Shown one piece after another: positions 37,093 to 43,583 of a stretch of 43,583 nt of DNA. The notes beneath the pieces are model-generated. The model was not told the origin of the DNA and made no database searches. It worked only from the letters and a program-made list of their open reading frames with translations. Both the position numbers and the translations under genes were made by a program. Source of the DNA: Geosiphon pyriformis uo1 (taxonomy: Eukaryota; Fungi; Glomeromycota); NCBI GenBank assembly GCA_016748015.1, contig JAAOMT010000082.1, positions 4,031-47,613 on the forward strand. Direction: 5' to 3'. Position 1 is the stretch's first letter. Each line of letters begins with the position of its first letter.

Positions 37093-39401
37093 AAACAGAT
37101 TAAATAAAATATAGTACTCTTTGTCTCCTTAATTTTATAACCACGACCAAAGCAAAGAGTAAAAAGGCTGCACCTGATATCTGTTCTAAGATATCTGATA
37201 AAATTTCAACCAGAGAAGCTCTTTCTGTTGTAGAAGCAACTAGGCAAAACGTTTTAGAAGCCTGCCCCTTACCTAGTAATTGTGAAAAGCTGTCTTTGGT
37301 AGCCACTAAATCAACTTCTTCATCTTTGGCTGGTTTTTCACCAGTCAAAGTTCCTTCAAAGAGACACACTTGAGTTAATCCCAGTGTTGCCTCCACTCTG
37401 ACTAAGAGCCCAAAAGTTTTTAATAATAGACCAGTAAATAAGCTGGTCTTTCCCTCAATAAACTCAACACCTGGTGCTTCTGACACCACCTCTTCAAAAA
37501 AAATGGTCAAAAAGACCAAAAGTTCAGAAAAGTGGAGGCAATTGCTTGCCTCTGCTATTGTTACACCGAACCCCTTTGTGGTTCCCAATGAGATCTTAGA
37601 TGAGATCTCAATAGCATCATCTGGCACGTCATCCAAGATGGGCCAAGATCAATCACTGGCTGTGTTGCCAAATATGGTGTTTTCCAGCAGATTATTGCCA
37701 GTTTTAGAAGCAAAACAATCTTCTCCTATTGGGTCACCTGTTTTTGGGAACTGGGCTAATCAAATGGAAACTGATTCATCTCCTTCTCTAGTTTCTGGTG
37801 CTACTTCTGGTGGTGCTTGAGAAACTATTACTAGTTATTAAAGGTTTGCTGAGTGGGTGGCCTCTACTCTAGTGTCTGGTCCTACTTTTAAGATCAAATT
37901 GGCTCATGTTAAGACTGTTTTTCAGTCTGTGCATGGTTTTTTGGGTGCTAAATCTGTTTTAAAAGACAATGTGAAGCTTTTCTGTGTGGAGTTTGCTTCT
38001 CAACAGTCTTTGGAAACTGCATTTCTGGTTGAGCTTACAGGCTCTGTTTATTTGGCCACTCTCAAAATTGCCAAGTCTTTGGTAGTTTCTGAATCTGGTT
38101 CCTCTTCTACTGCTGTTGCGCTATGTGATGTATCTTTGGGTGTGTCTGCCATTGACATTAAGTTGGCTCTCAATGTGTTTGGTAGTATTACTCATGTTGT
38201 GCTGAAGCCTGCTGGCATTTGGCAGTATGTGGTGGTTTATTTTGAAAAGTTGGACTCTGCTGTGTCTGCCTTGAAGCATTGGTCAGTCTTAGTAGGCAAA
38301 GATAGTGTTAAAATCCTTCCTCTGATGAATCAAAATGAGACTATTTTGTCTTGTAATAAGTTTAAGGCCAAATTGGTCAACTTTCTTCCTGGCTGTACTG
38401 CCTTTGAAATCAGTGATATGATTTCTCAGATTGGTGATTGAACATGTTTCATCCTTCGTTCTCCTGATTCTGGTCATCATTCCCAATTTGCTTTAGTTAT
38501 GTTTGACTCTCAAAGTGATTTGGATTCTGCTGTAGTCAAGACTGGTACTCTAAAGAAATACCATATCTGGTGGAAAACTTCTGGCTGCCAGCACTGCTTT
38601 AGGTGTCAAGAAATGGGCCATCTGGCTATGGATTGCAAGATTTCCCCACCTTCCTCTCTTAAAGTTCCCAAGGTTTTTAAGTCTCGTTTTGTGGGTTCTG
38701 TTTCATATACCAAAACTGCTGCTCTTTCTGGTCTTTCTGAGTTTCCTTCTTTAGTGGCTTCTTCAGCTGCTTCTGCTGCTGATTCTGCTGTTAGTTCCAG
38801 ATTGGACTATTTGGAAAAGCAAATTCGGATTTGGCTGTTCTGGTTAAGTCTATTGTTGAGCCTGTTGGTTCTTTGGTTGCTTTGATGTCTCGTCTTCTTA
38901 ATGATAATGCCATTAAGACTGTTTAGGTTGAGAAAAATATCGTTTCCATAAAGAGTGCTGCTAACAATTTTGCTAACTTCATGGTTGGAGTTTCCAAGAA
39001 CATTGCTTGTCTTAGATCTGAGGTTGACTTTGGTGGTATGGATTATGATAGTGTTCTGGCTGGTAAGCTTTCTTTTTTAAGTAAGGACACTATTGAGCAT
39101 GTTATTGCTTTGTGGTAAATGTCTGGTGCTAAAACCAGGGGCAATATTGAGTCTATTAAATTGTTTCTTAGTGAGTTTATTTTTGACTTTAGGAATCTGA
39201 ATGGTTTCATTAAGAGAATTCATGAGTTGGGGTTATTTTCACCTACTTTTGATTCAGCATAGTGAGTCCTTGATTGGACCAAGTGTCTGATCACATGTAG
39301 AAAATGCATGATTTACATTTATAATGTAATCCCTTCTGTGGTATCATAGTTTAGGTAGTATTTGGGTCTCATTCGTTAAAAAATAAAAAAAAAATAAAAA
39401 A
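37093..39401 (+). mobile_element. ORF1-only non-autonomous non-LTR element, copy A (half-LINE-like)
   Basis: Single ~709-codon ORF, LINE-type 3' UTR and A-tail; 15-bp TSD TTAATTAATTAAAAA at 37078-37092 and 39402-39416 (low complexity). Confidence 0.85.
37137..39262 (+). pseudogene. ORF1-like protein (S/T/K-rich N-terminus, RRM-like domains, CCHC, coiled coil)
   Basis: Start ATG mutated to ATA; CFRCQEMGHLAMDC; several nonsense codons; one 1-nt frameshift near 38825 relative to copy B. Confidence 0.85.
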
Positions 39402-39405
39402 TTAA

Positions 39406-40227
39406 TTAATTAAAAATATTATTATTATTGTTATTTTTTTATTTAAATAATATTATATACAAAAAAAGTTTGTAAAATTATTATAATTTATAAAATAAAT
39501 TAAAAAATAATAAATTAAATAATATTAAATTAAAAAACAATATTTAAGTTAAATTATTTAAATTATTTAAATATAATATAAAAAGTTAAAAAATATAATT
39601 ATTATAGTTTAAAGTAAATTGTTTATTTTTAGTAGGTTTTTAAATAATATTAGCAGAGAATTTATTAAGATTAAAACTAAAATTAATATTAATTTAAATA
39701 ATACTTTAGGTAAAAATATTTACATTTAATTGTTGGCTTTTTAAAAGTATTAACCAAATTGTATTAAGTCAAAAATAAATATTAAATAGATAAGTAATAT
39801 TATTATNNNNNNNNNNNNNNNNNNNNTTAATTAAAAATATTATTATTATTGTTATTTTTTTATTTAAATAATATTATATACAAAAAAAGTTTGTAAAATT
39901 ATTATAATTTATAAAATAAATTAAAAAATAATAAATTAAATAATATTAAATTAAAAAACAATATTTAAGTTAAATTATTTAAATTATTTAAATATAATAT
40001 AAAAAGTTAAAAAATATAATTATTATAGTTTAAAGTAAATTGTTTATTTTTAGTAGGTTTTTAAATAATATTAGCAGAGAATTTATTAAGATTAAAACTA
40101 AAATTAATATTAATTTAAATAATACTTTAGGTAAAAATATTTACATTTAATTGTTGGCTTTTTAAAAGTATTAACCAAATTGTATTAAGTCAAAAATAAA
40201 TATTAAATAGATAAGTAATATTATTAT
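39406..40227. other. Assembly gap (20 N, 39807-39826) with a 401-bp duplicated overlap
   Basis: 39406-39806 appears identical to 39827-40227. Confidence 0.9.
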
Positions 40228-40261
40228 AAATAATAATATATTAGTATAATTATGTATAAAA

Positions 40262-42575
40262 AACTTTTTGTCTCCTTAATTTTATGATCACGACCAGAGC
40301 AAAGAGTAAAAAGGCTGCACCTGATATCTGTCCTAAAATATCTAATAAAATTTCAACCAGAAGAGTTCTCTCTGTTATAGAAGCAACTAGACAAAATGTT
40401 TTAGAAGCCTTCCTCTTACTCAGTAATCGTGATAAGCTGTCTTTGGTAGTCACTGAAGCAACTTTTTCATCTTTGGCTGGTTTCTTATCAGTCAAAGTTC
40501 CCTCAAAGAGACACATTTGGGTTAGTCCCAGTGTTGCCTCCACCCCAACCAAGAGCCCAAAAGTTTTTAATAATAAACCAGTAAATAAGCTGGTTTTCCT
40601 TTCCATAGATTCAATATTTGGTGCTGCTAGCACCACCTTTTCAAAAAAAATGGTCAAAAAGACCAAAAGTTCAAAAAAGTGGGAGCAGTCACTTGCCTCT
40701 ACTATTGTTACACTGAACCCCTTTGTGATTCCCAATGAGATCTTAGATGAAATTTCTGTAGCATTATCTGGCACATTATCCAAGATGGGCCAAGATCAAC
40801 TACTGGCTGTGTTGCCAAATGTGGTATCTTCTGGCAGATTTTCACTGGTTCTGAAAGCAAAACAATTTCCTTCTGTTGGGTTATCTGTTCTTGAGAACTG
40901 GGCTGATCAAATGGAAACTGAATCATCTTCTCTTCCAGTTTCTGGTGCTACTTCTGGTGGTGTCTAAGAAACTATTTCTAGTCATCAAAAGTTTGCTGGG
41001 TGGGTGGCCTCTACTCTGGTGTCTGGTGCTACTTTTAAGATCAAATTGGCTCATGTTAAGGCTGTTTTTCAGTTGGTACATGGTTTCTTGGGTGCAAAAT
41101 CAGTATTAAAGGACAATGTGAAGCTGTTTTGTATGAAGTTTGCTTCTCAAGTGTCTTTAAAAGCTGCATTTCTGATTGAACTTACAAGCTCTGTTTACCT
41201 TGCCACTCTTAAAATTGCCAAGTCTTTGGTGGTTTCTGAGTCTAGTCCTTTTCCTGCTGCTGTTGCACTGTGCAATATGCCTTTGAGTGTATCTGCTGTC
41301 GATATTAAGTCAGCTCTTGGAGTTTTTGGTGAAGTTTCTCATATTGTGCTGAAGCCTGTTGGTGTTTGGCAATATGTGGTCATTTATTTTAAGAAATTAA
41401 ATACTGCTGCCTTTGTTTTTACTTATTGGTCAATTTTGGTGAGCAAGAATAGTGTTCATATTCTTCCCTTTATCAATCAAAATAAGACAATTTTGTTTTG
41501 TGATCAGTTTAAAGCCAAGTTGGTTAATCTTCCTCCTGGCTGCACTGCCTTTAAAATTAGTGACATGATTTCTTAAGTTGGTAGTCAGACTTGTTTCATT
41601 CCTTGGTCTTCTGATTCTGGTTGTTGTTTTCATTTTGCTTTGGTCACATTTGGCTCTCAAACAGATTTGGATCTTGCTGTTGTTAAAACTAGTATGCTGA
41701 GAAAGTGCCATATTTGGTGGGAAACTCCTGGCAATTGGCACTGTTTTAGATGTCAAGAGACTGGTCATCTGGCTGTTAACTGTAAGATGTCTTTGCCTTT
41801 TTCTTCTAAGACTCTCAGAGTATTTAATGCACATTTTGTGGGTAATGTTTCTTATGTTAAAGCTTCTGCTCCTCTGGCTGTTTCTGGGTTTCCTCCTTTG
41901 GTGGCTTCTGTTCTATTGGCTCTTTCACTTGCTGTATCTTTTGCTGTTTCTGTTGTTAACTCCACTGTTAAGCTTAGGTTAGATTCTATGGAAAACCAGA
42001 TTTTAGATCTGTCCATCTTGGTTAAGTTTGTCATTGAGCCAATTGGTTCTTTGGTTGTTTTGGTTACTACTCTTCTGAATAATAATGCTGCCAAAACTCT
42101 AAAGATCGAGAAAGATCTTCTGACTATGTGTAATGCTTCCAAGAGCTTTACCGAGCTTTTGGTTGGTGTGTCTAAAAATTTTGCCAGTCTTAAGGCTAAA
42201 GTAGAGTTTGGTAATCTTAATGAAGATAATATTGGTGCTGCCAAGGCTTCTCTATTGAATAAAGACACAGTTGACTATGCAGTTGCTTTGTGACAAATAT
42301 GTGGTCCTAAGATTAAAAGTAGCAGTGAAAAAACTAGATTGTTTTTTAGTGAGTTTATTTTTGATTCTAGAAATTTGAATAGTATTATTGAGAGACTTGG
42401 TAAGCTGGATTTCCTCCCAGCTTCTTTTGATTCAGCTTAGTTGGTGCCTTGACTGACTTGGGTGGTTGGTCACATGTAGAAAAAACATGAAACACATCTA
42501 ATTTGTAATCTCATAGTGACGCAGTATATTAGATAGTGTTTGGGCACACTTTGTTAAAATGTTAATAATAAAAAA
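40262..42575 (+). mobile_element. ORF1-only non-autonomous non-LTR element, copy B
   Basis: Perfect 16-bp TSD ATAATTATGTATAAAA at 40246-40261 and 42576-42591; same architecture as copy A. Confidence 0.9.
40284..42440 (+). pseudogene. ORF1-like protein (718 codons, three internal stops, no frameshift)
   Basis: ORFs at 40284, 41004 and 41640 share one frame; CFRCQETGHLAVNC; ends FDSA* as in copy A. Confidence 0.88.
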
Positions 42576-42591
42576 ATAATTATGTATAAAA

Positions 42592-42750
42592 TATCTTTTT
42601 AAAATAAATTTTTTTTTATAGATTTATGTAATTTAGTTTAAATAGGTTTATGTTTGGTTATATGTAAAAAATATATAAATTATTTTTAATTTAAGTTGAC
42701 TTATTATATTAAATAATAATTGGACTACAGATTAAATAATAATAAAAAAT
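42592..42750 (+). repeat. Decayed LINE-type 3' end
   Basis: GGTTATATGTAAAAAATATATA and ATTAAATAATAATTGGACTA match GGTCACATGTAGAAAATGCATG and ACTAGATAGCAATTGGACTA. Confidence 0.55.
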
Positions 42751-43100
42751 ATAATTAATATAATTTTTTTTTACATATTTAATATATATAATAGATTAAC
42801 CAGAAATATATTGTTTAAAATATAGGATTGTTTTAACTAATTTAAATAACTGGTTTATACAAACAAAACATAAATTTTTTTTTATAAAATTGTTAATATT
42901 TACAGAAAATAATGTATTGTTTAAAAAATCTGGTGTAAAAAATTCAGTTATTAACAGCTAAAATACTTTTTTAATTCCGAAAATATAAAAAAACCAAAAT
43001 AAGCATGACAAATTTAAAAATTAAAATTGATTTAAGCAAATAATAAAACTTGTATAACATAATTGTACATCAGTATATTTAATATAGGGTGTTTAAAAGT

Positions 43101-43583
43101 CTAAGCTTCCATTATAGATAATTGATCCTCTGGCAAATTAAACCACTCATCTTTTAAAGCATCATTTGCAGTCGGTCGACTATTAGGATTTTTGTTCATC
43201 AATTTTTCCTTAAACTGTTTAGCGGATGAAGAAAGTGAAATATGGTTGTAAATTCTAGTATGTTTGAAAAGATTTCCAACCATCCATATATCGCCTGCAG
43301 TGCTACAAAAGTCTTCCCCCGATTTATATTCTGGAGCTCCAATAGCCAATGAATCTCTTTGTAAAGTAAATAGCAACAATTAGCAAACATGTCTAACCGT
43401 AAGTCGAAATTCTTTTATCACTGTACCTTGAAGCTCCTAAGGGAGCAGCTTCTTCAAAGTCAATTAACATCCAACTATCATTCGGGAGTCTTAAAACATT
43501 ATCCCAGCGAATATCCCGATGGACGACGTTCATCTTATGAAGTTTTTCTAGCGTTACAAGTACATGCCGTATAGCATCTCGCA
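43101..43583 (-). CDS. Protein kinase, 3' part (5' end outside the window); predicted intron 43357-43426
   Basis: VVHRDIRWDNVL, LIDFEEA, GAPE, GDIWMVG, RPTANDAL. A 70-nt GTACAG...GCTAAT...AAAG intron joins the exons in frame (GASR|DSLAIGAPE). Confidence 0.85.

Noticed and set aside
37100-37636. Antisense ORF of ~178 aa present in both half-LINE copies (also 40250-40783)
   Set aside because: It mirrors the S/T/K/P-rich sense codons and has no recognisable motifs; shared ancestry explains its presence in both copies.
39406-40227. 401-bp exact tandem duplication
   Set aside because: It flanks a 20-N gap and appears identical in an otherwise hypermutated region, so it is an unmerged contig overlap.

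Overview
This is AT-rich eukaryotic DNA made almost entirely of nested, decayed retrotransposons. A fungal origin is probable: the TE families and the HRDIRW-type kinase resemble Glomeromycotina, but this is inference. Layout: (i) 1-10.5 kb, heavily C->T/G->A-eroded Ty3/Gypsy and LINE relics. (ii) A nest in which an old LINE (LINE0) received LINE1, LINE1 received two solo LTRs, and one solo LTR received an 8.8-kb Ty3/Gypsy element with a Cys-rich domain and a dUTPase between protease and RT; TSDs support each junction. (iii) A full-length minus-strand LINE2 (ORF1; APE-RT-RNase H-CCHC ORF2) and a 5'-truncated LINE3. (iv) Two ~2.3-kb ORF1-only elements with A-tails and 15-16-bp TSDs but no RT. 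(v) The 3' part of a host protein kinase gene. The best candidate for a new system is the ORF1-only ('half-LINE') family. It has its own divergent RRM/CCHC protein and shares a covarying 3' double hairpin with the autonomous LINEs, which is a plausible RT-recognition signal. A RIP-like, transition-only mutation signature covers all the TEs and stops at the host gene. All alignments and counts were done by eye.
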